This document shows positions 9,841-19,078 of a stretch of DNA of 64,000 nucleotides, piece by piece. A program made the translations under genes and the position numbers. Positions within the stretch are counted from its first letter, which is position 1. Each line of letters opens with the position of its first letter. The notes beneath the pieces were generated by a model. It did not search any database and was not told where the DNA came from. It was given only the letters and a program-made list of their open reading frames with translations. Source of the stretch: a virus (lineage: Duplodnaviria; Caudoviricetes); the IMG/VR virus record IMGVR_UViG_3300043105_000102, positions 32,001 through 96,000 of that record; one strand, given 5' to 3'.

Positions 9841-10224
9841 ATGGGACTGGATAATGGAATTTATATTAGGAATTTTAAGGAAGTTGCACCTTCTAAAGTT
9901 CCTTGGTTTGTTATGCTTGATGGTGGAGATGTTTGTTATTGGCGCAAATGTTGGGGTATCAGAAGTGCAATTTACAATGCACTTCACGCAGAAGATAATG
10001 GTGAAGAATACGAGTTTAAAGTAGAGGAAGATGATATTCCCGCCATTATTAAGGAATTGGAAAAGTTTTTGGATAAAGATTACTGGAATGAAAATGCGGA
10101 TTCTATCTGGGAATATGAAGATATTCGACCTTCTCTGATTGTGCAGATTAGAAATCTTCTGTGGCTCAGACAGTATATGCTAGAAAATCCAAAAGTAGAA
10201 TGTTATTTCTATGACTCCTACTGA
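9841..10224 (+). CDS. Conserved phage hypothetical protein
   Basis: MGLD...YWRK...YDSY pattern; GGAGG RBS. Confidence 0.65.
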   Translation: MGLDNGIYIRNFKEVAPSKVPWFVMLDGGDVCYWRKCWGIRSAIYNALHAEDNGEEYEFKVEEDDIPAIIKELEKFLDKDYWNENADSIWEYEDIRPSLIVQIRNLLWLRQYMLENPKVECYFYDSY

Positions 10225-10241
10225 TAAGGGAGCTGACTCTA

Positions 10242-10787
10242 TTGGCAATTTATCTAACTTCTGATTTACATCTCGGCCATAACAAAGATTTTATCTACAA
10301 ATCCCGTGGCTTTGAATCAATCCAAGAGCATGATGAAATAATAGTAAAGAGATGGAATGATACTATTACTGAGGAAGATACAGTCTATGTTCTGGGCGAT
10401 TTGATAATGGGCGATATTCCCCAAGGATATAAATATCTTTCTCAGCTAAAGGGTAGAAAGTTCTTTACTATTGGAAATCATGATGGAACTACAAAGCTTC
10501 CTGTCTATAGAGATGCTGAAATTACTAACCTCGGATATGCCATGCCATTAAAGTACAGGAAGTATCATTTTTATTTAACCCATTACCCCACAATTACTAG
10601 TAATTTTGATGGCGGCCTGCCCCTTAAAAAGCAGATTATTAACCTATTCGGCCATACCCACCAAAAAGAAAATTTCTATAACGATAACCCCCTTATGTAT
10701 CATGTAGGGGTAGACTCTCACGATTGCCGCCCAGTATCAATTGACCAAATTATTGCCGAGATAGAGGAGAAGGCCCAAGGATTTTGA
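10242..10787 (+). CDS. Calcineurin-like metallophosphoesterase
   Basis: SDLHLGH, LGD, GNHD, HYP, GHTH, VGVD; TTG start. Confidence 0.85.
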   Translation: MAIYLTSDLHLGHNKDFIYKSRGFESIQEHDEIIVKRWNDTITEEDTVYVLGDLIMGDIPQGYKYLSQLKGRKFFTIGNHDGTTKLPVYRDAEITNLGYAMPLKYRKYHFYLTHYPTITSNFDGGLPLKKQIINLFGHTHQKENFYNDNPLMYHVGVDSHDCRPVSIDQIIAEIEEKAQGF

Positions 10788-10802
10788 CCTTGGGCCTTTC
10801 TT
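10770..10802 (+). terminator. Intrinsic terminator
   Basis: AAGGCCCAAGG/CCTTGGGCCTT stem followed by T-rich tail. Confidence 0.65.
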
Positions 10803-10866
10803 GGATTTCGGTCGTTGCTTCAATCTGTACACCCCTTAGCAATTTTTCCTTCGAAAATGTAATAAA

Positions 10867-10895
10867 TTGATTTTTCGTTAAAAAAATGGTATAAT
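10867..10895 (+). promoter_or_regulatory. Sigma-A-type promoter
   Basis: TTGATT-17-TATAAT with TG. Confidence 0.75.
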
Positions 10896-10923
10896 TTTTT
10901 TACCAAAATTTAGGAGGCTAATT

Positions 10924-11346
10924 ATGAAAATTGAATCTGAGTCTTATACTTTTTCCCCAGAAGGTCATACAACTTGTACCCTAGTAATCAATGGAAAAAC
11001 TTACAAGGGAGAAGCCTTTTGTCATGAGAGGGACAAAGATATGCTTAGTGAGAAAGTTGGTCATACAATTGCTCATGAAAGAGCCTATATCAATTTTCTT
11101 GCCGATTTTAGAGATGGCAAGATTGTTCCAACGCTTGACGCATTGAAGCAATTTTATTATACTATTAACAAAAGTAAGAAATATAATAAAAATTCCTATG
11201 AAAGTAGAATGCTTCAAAGGCAGATTCGTTTAGCCGAGGAAGATTTAGCTACAATTCGTTCTCTAATAGCTGAAGAAAAGCAAGGTTTAAAAGACTATAT
11301 AAATTATAAAGAGGTTTTTTATCAGCGAGTTCGAAAGAAGAGATGA
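10924..11346 (+). CDS. Hypothetical protein
   Basis: AGGAGG RBS; G-A-CH-D motif followed by a coiled coil. Confidence 0.65.
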   Translation: MKIESESYTFSPEGHTTCTLVINGKTYKGEAFCHERDKDMLSEKVGHTIAHERAYINFLADFRDGKIVPTLDALKQFYYTINKSKKYNKNSYESRMLQRQIRLAEEDLATIRSLIAEEKQGLKDYINYKEVFYQRVRKKR

Positions 11347-11579
11347 AAGGAGAATATATGCTTGATTTTATCTTAGGCGTTGTTTTTATCGAAGTAGTTA
11401 TTCCCTTTCTAGAAACTGCAATGACTGCTATAACTATTAAACTAGAAGCATATAAGAGTAAGAAGTCTGTAGAAATTGCTAAGAATAATAGAATAATTCA
11501 GCAACTAAGTGACGAGACAGAAGAGGAACCTAAGAACTTTATTGGGTTTGCGGCTCCAAAAGAGGTGGAGGAAGAATGA
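11343..11579 (+). CDS. Small membrane-anchored hypothetical protein
   Basis: Hydrophobic N-terminus, IGF near C-terminus; overlaps both neighbours. Confidence 0.6.
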   Translation: MKGEYMLDFILGVVFIEVVIPFLETAMTAITIKLEAYKSKKSVEIAKNNRIIQQLSDETEEEPKNFIGFAAPKEVEEE

Positions 11580-12811
11580 GATTTTTAGACACAAGTAGTT
11601 TACTGATATTGAAAGAAAGACTTTTAGATATACAAGAACCAATAGCTATTTCCTCAATTACACTTGTAGAATTAGAAAAAATTAAAAGTTCTCAGAATAA
11701 AAGCTTTGATACTAAGTTGGCGGCCAGAAGAGTTATAAAAATTCTTGAAGAGCATCCTGAAACCTTTAAGACTATATGTTACCAATCTTCTATGAAGCAA
11801 TTTATTGAAGATAAAGAGCTAGATTTGGATAATAATGATATGAAAATTCTGGCTTGTGCGGTTGCGACTAACCAATGTGAAGATGTTACTTTTGTTTCTA
11901 ATGATTTGTCTCTGCGAGTTATTGCAGCCCTATTCTTTGATAAGGAACATATTAAATCAGTGGCCGAAGAAACAGATGAATACACTGGATATTTGGACGT
12001 TTATATGACCGAAGAAGAAATGAGCGATTTTTACTCCAATCCCTATACTAATTTTTATGACCTCAATGTAAATGAATATATTAACGTCTATAATGAAAGC
12101 AAGGTGTTGGTTGATACTCTCTGCTGGACGGGTGAAGGATATAGGCGTCTATCTTTTAAGAACTTTAATTCTCAATGGTTTGGAGAAGTTAAACCCTATA
12201 AGGGAGACTCTTATCAAAGAATGCTGTTTGATAGTTTGGAAAATAATACCTTTACGTTAATTAGAGGTAAGGCCGGAAGTGGCAAAAGTATGATTTCTTT
12301 GGCTTATCTAATGTATAAGCTAGAACGGCACCAAATTGATAAAATTATTATTTTCTGTAACTGTGTTGCGACTAAAGACACTGCAAAACTTGGCTTTTAT
12401 CCGGGGTCTAAAGATGAAAAGTTGCTTGATTCTCAGATAGGTAATTTTCTTATTGGAAAGTTTGGCGGCATTGAGGGAGTAGAGGATCTAATCAATAGAG
12501 GTGTCCTTATGCTTGTTCCTATGGCGGATTGCCGAGGTATGGACATTGGCATTAGAGCCGGAGTTTATATTACAGAAGCCCAAAATACAACTGTTGATAC
12601 TATGAAATTAGTCCTTCAAAGAGTTGGTGAAGATTGCATTTGTATTGTTGAGGGCGATGACAAAACACAGGTTGATTTAGATATATATCAAACTAAGAAC
12701 GGACTAGCAAAAGCTTCGCAAGCTTTTCGAGGAGAAGATTATTATGGAGAAGTTACGCTAAAAAATTGCTATCGTTCTAAAATTGCTAATAGGGCAGAAC
12801 TTATGGGATAA
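11576..12811 (+). CDS. phoH: PIN-PhoH fusion (PhoH2-like)
   Basis: PIN motifs LDTS, ELE, ND..IL, VSND; PhoH motifs GKAGSGKS, GFYPG, RG, EAQN, GD..Q.D, RS.IA. Confidence 0.85.
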   Translation: MRFLDTSSLLILKERLLDIQEPIAISSITLVELEKIKSSQNKSFDTKLAARRVIKILEEHPETFKTICYQSSMKQFIEDKELDLDNNDMKILACAVATNQCEDVTFVSNDLSLRVIAALFFDKEHIKSVAEETDEYTGYLDVYMTEEEMSDFYSNPYTNFYDLNVNEYINVYNESKVLVDTLCWTGEGYRRLSFKNFNSQWFGEVKPYKGDSYQRMLFDSLENNTFTLIRGKAGSGKSMISLAYLMYKLERHQIDKIIIFCNCVATKDTAKLGFYPGSKDEKLLDSQIGNFLIGKFGGIEGVEDLINRGVLMLVPMADCRGMDIGIRAGVYITEAQNTTVDTMKLVLQRVGEDCICIVEGDDKTQVDLDIYQTKNGLAKASQAFRGEDYYGEVTLKNCYRSKIANRAELMG

Positions 12812-12879
12812 AAACAAAGGCCAAAAGCAGGTAATCTTGCTTTTGGCTTTTTTATATATACAAAAGGAGGTATATTACA

Positions 12880-13809
12880 ATGAGTTATACTTTACACAAA
12901 GATTTAAAAGCAAAATCAATAAGCTATGGCGATAGTCGTGCAGCTTCTAGCATTAAATATATAGTTTTTCATTACACTGGAAACAAAACTGATACGGCGA
13001 AAGCAAATGCAAACTATTTTGCTACTAGCAATACAAGAGCGGCTGGCGCCCACTATTTTGTCGATGATACTACGGTATACCAGAGCATTGATGATTTAAA
13101 AATTGCCTATGCTGTTGGAGGTTCCAAAGTCTCTGAAGGGGTAGCGGCTGGCGGAGGTACTTTATATGGCAAATGTACTAATGCAAATAGTATCTCTATT
13201 GAAATGTGCAGCAAGAATGGCGTAATAACTGACGCAACTATTGAGAACGTAGTTACATTAGCTAAAACTTTAATGAAGAAATATAACGTTGATTCAGACC
13301 ATTTATGCACCCACTTTATGGTTACAGGAAAAAGTTGTCCCGGCTGGACTGGTTGGATTAAAAAGGACTTATCCAAATGGAACTCCTTAAAGGCTAAATT
13401 GACTAGTACAACTACTTCTACTAAAGTTACCTATAAGACTGTTTCTTATTCCGTCAAGGTGACAGCAAGTGATGGGCTTAATTGCCGGAAAGAGCCAGAT
13501 TCTAAAGCCACAAAAGTAAAGACATATGCCTACGGTACTGTACTGAAAATTACCAGAGAGCAGGATGGTTGGGGCTATACCGGAGAAGGATGGGTTTCTC
13601 TGTCCTATACTGAAAAAGTTAGCTCTGAATATAAAGTTAAAGTGACCGCCACAAGTTTGAATATTCGTAGTGGGGCCGGAACCTCTTACTCTGTAGTTGG
13701 CACAGTCAGCAAGGATGAAGTTTATACCATTGTGGAAGAAAAGAATGGCTTCGGCAAACTAAAGTCTGGCGCAGGATGGATTTCTTTGTCTTATGTTAAG
13801 AAGGTTTAA
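12880..13809 (+). CDS. Endolysin: Amidase_2 plus two SH3b domains
   Basis: IVFHYT, AHYFVD, SISIEMC, H..VTGK.CPG; LNCR...GWVSL and LNIRSG...GWISL. Confidence 0.9.
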   Translation: MSYTLHKDLKAKSISYGDSRAASSIKYIVFHYTGNKTDTAKANANYFATSNTRAAGAHYFVDDTTVYQSIDDLKIAYAVGGSKVSEGVAAGGGTLYGKCTNANSISIEMCSKNGVITDATIENVVTLAKTLMKKYNVDSDHLCTHFMVTGKSCPGWTGWIKKDLSKWNSLKAKLTSTTTSTKVTYKTVSYSVKVTASDGLNCRKEPDSKATKVKTYAYGTVLKITREQDGWGYTGEGWVSLSYTEKVSSEYKVKVTATSLNIRSGAGTSYSVVGTVSKDEVYTIVEEKNGFGKLKSGAGWISLSYVKKV

Positions 13810-14077
13810 AATTTCTACTTCAAAAGCGTTAATCTGCTTTCTGTTTTTGAACTGCATAGTAATTGAAATTTTTACAGGGTGGGTTACAGTCCAAAGTATA
13901 AATATTGCTTTAGCTTTGGGCTGCGCCCCCGACTTTACTCCTTTAAATTCTTTAATAGGAGCAGTAGTTGGAGAAGTCATTGGGTTTGCCATTTATGCTA
14001 TGAAAGCCGCCAAAGAAAATTCTCAAGGTGGAATTACTTATGAAACCACTATGGCCAATTTAAATAGTTCTGGCTAA
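13793..14077 (+). CDS. Two-TM membrane protein, candidate holin
   Basis: Two hydrophobic segments and a KA.KEN motif; directly downstream of the endolysin. Confidence 0.55.
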   Translation: MLRRFKISTSKALICFLFLNCIVIEIFTGWVTVQSINIALALGCAPDFTPLNSLIGAVVGEVIGFAIYAMKAAKENSQGGITYETTMANLNSSG

Positions 14078-14081
14078 TTAA

Positions 14082-14123
14082 AAGGCTCTAAGAAAATTTT
14101 TCTTAGAGCCTTATTCTTATTTT
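14082..14123 (+). terminator. Intrinsic terminator
   Basis: AAGGCTCTAAGAAA/TTTCTTAGAGCCTT stem plus T-rich tail. Confidence 0.6.
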
Positions 14124-14139
14124 GTTAAATAGATTTTAG

Positions 14140-14168
14140 TTGATTTTTGGGACAAAATATGATATTAT
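14140..14168 (+). promoter_or_regulatory. Sigma-A-type promoter
   Basis: TTGATT-17-TATTAT with TG. Confidence 0.65.
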
Positions 14169-14198
14169 ATATACAGAATTAAGGAAGGAGAATTTATA

Positions 14199-16377
14199 AT
14201 GGCTGATAAAACTCTATATAATGAAAAGAGTATAGAAAGTCTAACTCCATTAGAGTTCACGAGATTGCGCCCAGGAGTATACGCCGGGGATACAACTTAT
14301 TCAACTCAGCTTTTAGTAGAAATCATTTCTAATTCTGTTGATGAATATAGACTAAATCACGGAAATAAGATTGAAGTTACTATTAACGGCGACATTGTTA
14401 AAGTAAGAGATTATGGCCAAGGGTTTATTGCCAACTCTTATAGACCTGATGGAAAGACCATTCTTGAAGCTGCCTTTAGTGTATTAAATACTTCTGGCAA
14501 GTACAGAGATGACGGTACTTACGAAGGAACTTCTCTTGGCTCTTTCGGAATTGGTAGATAAAACTGCCTGTTATACCTTTTCCTGCTTATCACAGGGGTA
14601 TATATACATCTAATAAATAGTATATATGCTAACGGGGAAACCTAAAAATTTTATAAAGTTCATGGTAATCCCGTGGCAAGATTGATAGATAATCAATAAG
14701 CTGTATCGACTATCCTCGGAGCGGAGGAGTAGAACTACTATTGATACGTGGTTCGAAATGGGTATTCTTATTATAAAATATATAATAAGTAAGATATAGT
14801 CAGGTCTTATGGAAACATAAGAATAACCGAGTAAAATTACTACCTTTCTTTCACATTGGCTAACAGTTTCTACTTATAGAGATAGCCAAAGAGAAGAAAT
14901 CCATTTTAAAGAGGGCGTTTTCGACAAGAGATATGATGGAGCGCCCAAGAGCCTCGAGGCTAAGGAAGATGTAGCTAGAGGCGGCACAGAAGTTACGTGG
15001 CAACCTAGCGAGGAGTTCTTTACTCATACGGAAGTAGATATTAGTGCTGTCAAGGATTTGTTTAAAACAATTTCTTGTCTATGCCCCGGATTGACTATTG
15101 AACTTGATTATAACGGCGAGAAAACTACTTATTATTCTCAGAACGGGTTGAATGATTTAGTTGATGGTATCGTCAAAGATAAAGAAGCAATTAGTAATCG
15201 TTTTCAAATGAACTTTGAGAATGGCAAGAATAAGATGGATATGGTAATGACTTATGTATCCAGCTATTCTTCTATAATGATTCCTTATGTAAACACTGGT
15301 TTGACTGAGAAAGGCCCGCACATTACCCAAATTAAGACTCTTCTAACTAGAGAATTTAATAAATTCTTTAGAGAAAAGAATTGGTTGAAAGAGAAAGATG
15401 CCAATCTTAGTGGTGAAGATATTCAAGAAGGATTGTGCGTAGTCTTTAATATTACTGCTTCCAATGTTTCTTATAATGCACAGGTAAAGAGTACTATCAC
15501 GAAAATTGATATGGCCCCCTTTACTACAGCTCTAACCGAAAACCTTCAAGACTGGCTTAAAGTTAATGAGAAGGAAGTTAAGATTATTGCTGATAAGGCC
15601 TTGTCCGCTCGAAAAGCTAGAGAAGCTGCTAAGAAAGCTAGAGAAGCCGCAAGGGCGCCAAAAGAAAAGGGTCTTAAGGCTAAGATGGCGTTAAGCGATA
15701 AGTTCATTGATTGTGTTAGTAAGAGTCCAAAAGAAAGAAAGCTATTCTTGCTTGAGGGACTAAGTGCTGGCGCAGCCGCCGTTGAAGCTAGAAATCCTAA
15801 GACAGACTGTATCTACCTTTTAAGAGGTAAAATTATTAGCCCTCTAAAGAATGATACAACAAAGATTCTTGCAAACCAAGAAATGTCTGACTTGGTAAAG
15901 ATTATTGGCGGTGGCTTTGGAGCCGACTTTGATTTAAGTAAATGCAACTTTGACAAGATTGTAATCTTTAGTGATAGTGATTCAGACGGCGACCAGATTT
16001 GTTTGTTGTTAATGGGATTCTTCTATACTTATATGCGGCCTTTAGTAGAAGCTGGAAAGCTTTATAGAGGAGCCGCCCCTTTGTATACTGTAAAGCAAGG
16101 TAAGGAAGAACGATATTTCTATACTGATAAAGAATATAGAGATTGGTTTTCAACAGCTACTGGGAAGTTTTCTGTGTTGCGCGGCAAGGGTGTTGGAGAG
16201 CTGGAAGCTACAGACCTTCATAGACTTTGTTTTGCCACTGAAAGATTTAAGCGTTTATGTGTTTCTGATTTGGAACAAACTACAAAAATGTTGGACATTT
16301 TCTTGGGTACAGCTGTAGTTCCTAGACGCAATTATATCTATGATAACGCCGAAGATTTAGGGTTTAATATGGAGTGA
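14199..16377 (+). CDS. gyrB: Type IIA topoisomerase B subunit; exons 14199-14555 and 14830-16377 (634 aa)
   Basis: RLRPGVY, EIISNSVDE, DYGQG; splicing restores GSFGIG|SKITTFLS; TOPRIM EGLSA, LRGK, DSDSDG. Confidence 0.9.
14556..14829 (+). mobile_element. Group I intron, ORF-less (274 nt), in gyrB
   Basis: P1 GGU|AG pairs with CUGCC (U-G); GCTAACGGGGAAACC, TCGACTA and AAGATATAGTC core elements; terminal G14829 restores frame. Confidence 0.9.
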
Positions 16378-18755
16378 AGAATTATATGAGTGACATTTTT
16401 GAAGTAGATTTTAATGAAGAGGGCCGTAAAGACTTCTTAACTTACTGTGAGGAAATTCTTACAGATAGAGCAATTCCATCCGCCGAAGATGGATTACTTA
16501 GCTCCCAGAGAAAGCTAATCTGGACTATGGAAAATTATCTCAAGATGGATTCTAAATCTAAGACAAAGAAATGCAACTCTATTGTGGGTTCAACCTTGAT
16601 GACTTCCTATGTCCATGGTAATGCGGCTTGTTATGGCGTTCTGGTAAAGATGGTTCAGCCCTTCCTTATGAGGTACCCCCTCTTGGATGGGCAAGGCGCT
16701 CTTGGTACACAAGAATCTAATGATATGGTAGCTTCAGACCGTTATACAGAAGCTAAACCTTCTAAGTTTGCCGATTTAATGATGGAAGGTTATGAAAAGA
16801 ATGTTGTACCTACCAAAAGAACCTATAACGATGAATATGACGAGCCAGTAGTTTTGCCAAGTTTGTTTCCAAATGCTATTTGTAATGGTAAACAGACAGT
16901 AGCTATTGGATTGGCCCATAATAGTCTCCCCCACTGTCTGACAGAAGTTTGTGACGCCATTATCAAGTATATCCAGACCAATGGCCAAATGACTATTGAC
17001 GAACTTCTGGAGATTATGCCCGGCCCGGATTTCCCTTTGGACTCAACTGTAGTTAATCAGAAAGTAATTAAAGAGGCTTTTTTGACTGGACATTCATCTC
17101 AATCTCTTAGAGTCCGTGGAAATTACGAGATTAAAGGCGACTTGATTATCTTTAATACAATTCCTTATCGGGTGTATAGAAATAAGATTAAGGAACAGAT
17201 TAGAGATAATATTGACGAATTTGACAAAATTATTGACGATTTTGATGATGAATCAAACTTGGGCGTGAATAGACTTGTTTTCCATCTAAAGAAAGGCGTA
17301 AGTCCTAAAGTTGCTCTTGGCAAAATTTTTGCTTTGACAGATTTAGAGACAACCCTTTCTTACAATATGAACTATATTATCAATGGAACCCCTAAGTTGT
17401 GTTCTATGTTCGACCTGATTGATGCTTATGTCCAACACCAAAATGTTGTTTTGATTAAGGCCGCCGAATATGATAAGGGAAAGGCTGAAACCAGAAAGCA
17501 CGTTCTTGAAGGACTTTTGGTAGCTCTTGGAAATATTGATATGGCAATTAAGATTATCAGAGGGTCTGATAACAAGAGCGCCGCCGTTGAAGGTTTGACT
17601 GGATATTTTACCATTGACAGTATTCAGGCCAATGCTATTCTTGATATGAAGCTTTCTCGTTTGACTAAGTTGGATAAGAAAGAACTGGAAGATGAATTGT
17701 TAGAGAAGATTCAGATTATTAATAGCTGTAATAAGATTATTGAAGATTCTGATTATCGTAATTCAATTCTAATTTCTAAAATAACTGATATGCGGAACAA
17801 GTATGGAGATAAGCGCCGCACAACTCTCATTGACCTTGACGAACCAAAAGAAGAGGCTATTGAAATAGAGCCTGAAAAATGTGTCGTAATTATGACTAAG
17901 GACGGCAACATTAAACGTGTACCTTCTACTAACTTCAAGGTTCAACACAGAAATGGTAAAGGCGTAAAAAATCTAGGTGAAATTGTTTCGGCGACTATCC
18001 GCACTAATACAATTGATTCTCTTATGGTCTTTAGTGACAAGGGAAGAATGTATAGAATTTCTGTTAATGAAATCCCAGAGACTACAAAGGGTCAGCCAAT
18101 TAAGTCTTTGATTAGTATGGAAGTTGGCGAAAACCCCACTTTGATTTACTCTATTTATAGAGATACTGATGCTAAGTATGTCCTTTTCACCACTGCTAAT
18201 GGAACTGTTAAAAAGACTCCTTTGGAAGAATATGTAAAAACTAAAAAGAAGTCTGGCATTGCCGCCATTACTCTAAGAGAAGGAGATAAATTGGCTTCTG
18301 TCAATTTAATCAAAGATGAAAATCTAATTTTGATTACTAAGTCAGGAATGGCAATTCAATTTAATTCTAGTGAAATAGGAACTAGTTCTAGAGCAACTAC
18401 GGGAGTAAAAGGAATCTCTCTAAAAGAAGGAGATTTTGTAGTAGCGACTCTACCTGTACGTAATAAGACAGATGACTTGGCCATCTTTACAGAGAGAGGT
18501 CTTGGTAAAAGAGTTCCTATTAAAGAGTTCCCTGTCCAAAAGAGGGCAGGAAAGGGTTTGATTGCATATAAGCCCACCCCTACCTCTGGCAACGTTATTT
18601 CTGGAAGTTTAATTTCAAATGAAGATTCTGTTCTAATTGTTGGTGACAATAGTGGTATCTGTATTTCGGCTAAAGACATTCCTATTTCAGGTCGAGCGTC
18701 TGTTGGAATCCAATTGATTAAGAATAATCAAGTTATGGCAGTTAGCAAGGTATAA
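16374..18755 (+). CDS. gyrA: Type IIA topoisomerase A subunit (start may be ATG 16386)
   Basis: RAIP..EDGL, HG, DRYTE catalytic Tyr, GPDFP, GyrA-box-like QHRNGKG and C-terminal beta-pinwheel repeats. Confidence 0.9.
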   Translation: MKNYMSDIFEVDFNEEGRKDFLTYCEEILTDRAIPSAEDGLLSSQRKLIWTMENYLKMDSKSKTKKCNSIVGSTLMTSYVHGNAACYGVLVKMVQPFLMRYPLLDGQGALGTQESNDMVASDRYTEAKPSKFADLMMEGYEKNVVPTKRTYNDEYDEPVVLPSLFPNAICNGKQTVAIGLAHNSLPHCLTEVCDAIIKYIQTNGQMTIDELLEIMPGPDFPLDSTVVNQKVIKEAFLTGHSSQSLRVRGNYEIKGDLIIFNTIPYRVYRNKIKEQIRDNIDEFDKIIDDFDDESNLGVNRLVFHLKKGVSPKVALGKIFALTDLETTLSYNMNYIINGTPKLCSMFDLIDAYVQHQNVVLIKAAEYDKGKAETRKHVLEGLLVALGNIDMAIKIIRGSDNKSAAVEGLTGYFTIDSIQANAILDMKLSRLTKLDKKELEDELLEKIQIINSCNKIIEDSDYRNSILISKITDMRNKYGDKRRTTLIDLDEPKEEAIEIEPEKCVVIMTKDGNIKRVPSTNFKVQHRNGKGVKNLGEIVSATIRTNTIDSLMVFSDKGRMYRISVNEIPETTKGQPIKSLISMEVGENPTLIYSIYRDTDAKYVLFTTANGTVKKTPLEEYVKTKKKSGIAAITLREGDKLASVNLIKDENLILITKSGMAIQFNSSEIGTSSRATTGVKGISLKEGDFVVATLPVRNKTDDLAIFTERGLGKRVPIKEFPVQKRAGKGLIAYKPTPTSGNVISGSLISNEDSVLIVGDNSGICISAKDIPISGRASVGIQLIKNNQVMAVSKV

Positions 18756-18760
18756 AATTT

Positions 18761-18793
18761 TGGAGAGAGGGATTTTTATCCTTCTCTCCATTT
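18761..18793 (+). terminator. Intrinsic terminator
   Basis: TGGAGAGAGGGAT/ATCCTTCTCTCCA stem. Confidence 0.6.
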
Positions 18794-18820
18794 GACTTTC
18801 GTAAAAAAATATTGTATAAT
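18792..18820 (+). promoter_or_regulatory. Sigma-A-type promoter with no downstream ORF
   Basis: TTGACT-17-TATAAT. Confidence 0.7.
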
Positions 18821-18862
18821 CTTTCGTAGAAAGATTAGTCCATTATCCCTTTTCCGCCAAAC

Positions 18863-18998
18863 AATTATATATTATATATAATTACTATTAAACTTGAAAT
18901 AAGGGTAACTAAATAAACTATATTATTTCAAGTTTAATAGTAAAGCTAAAATATATATTATCTTTTTGTCCCTAATATTATATAATATTAGGGACAAA
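18863..18998. repeat. Cluster of perfect inverted repeats
   Basis: 10-bp IR at 18863-18883; 21-bp arms at 18882-18902 and 18923-18943; perfect 34-bp palindrome at 18965-18998. Confidence 0.9.
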
Positions 18999-19004
18999 CT
19001 TATA

Positions 19005-19038
19005 AGAGAAGGGGGCGCAAGCCCCCTTCTCTTTCTTT
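19005..19038 (+). terminator. Intrinsic terminator
   Basis: AGAGAAGGGGGC-GCAA-GCCCCCTTCTCT followed by TTCTTT. Confidence 0.8.
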
Positions 19039-19065
19039 GACTTTAATATAAAAATATAATATAAT
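19037..19065 (+). promoter_or_regulatory. Sigma-A-type promoter
   Basis: TTGACT-17-TATAAT. Confidence 0.75.
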
Positions 19066-19078
19066 ATATTATATAGAA

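Noticed and set aside
18863-18998. CRISPR array or CRISPR-repeat mimic
   Set aside because: The repeats are inverted, not direct with spacers. The resemblance of ATTTCAAG...GCTAAAA to type I-B repeats is too loose to support.
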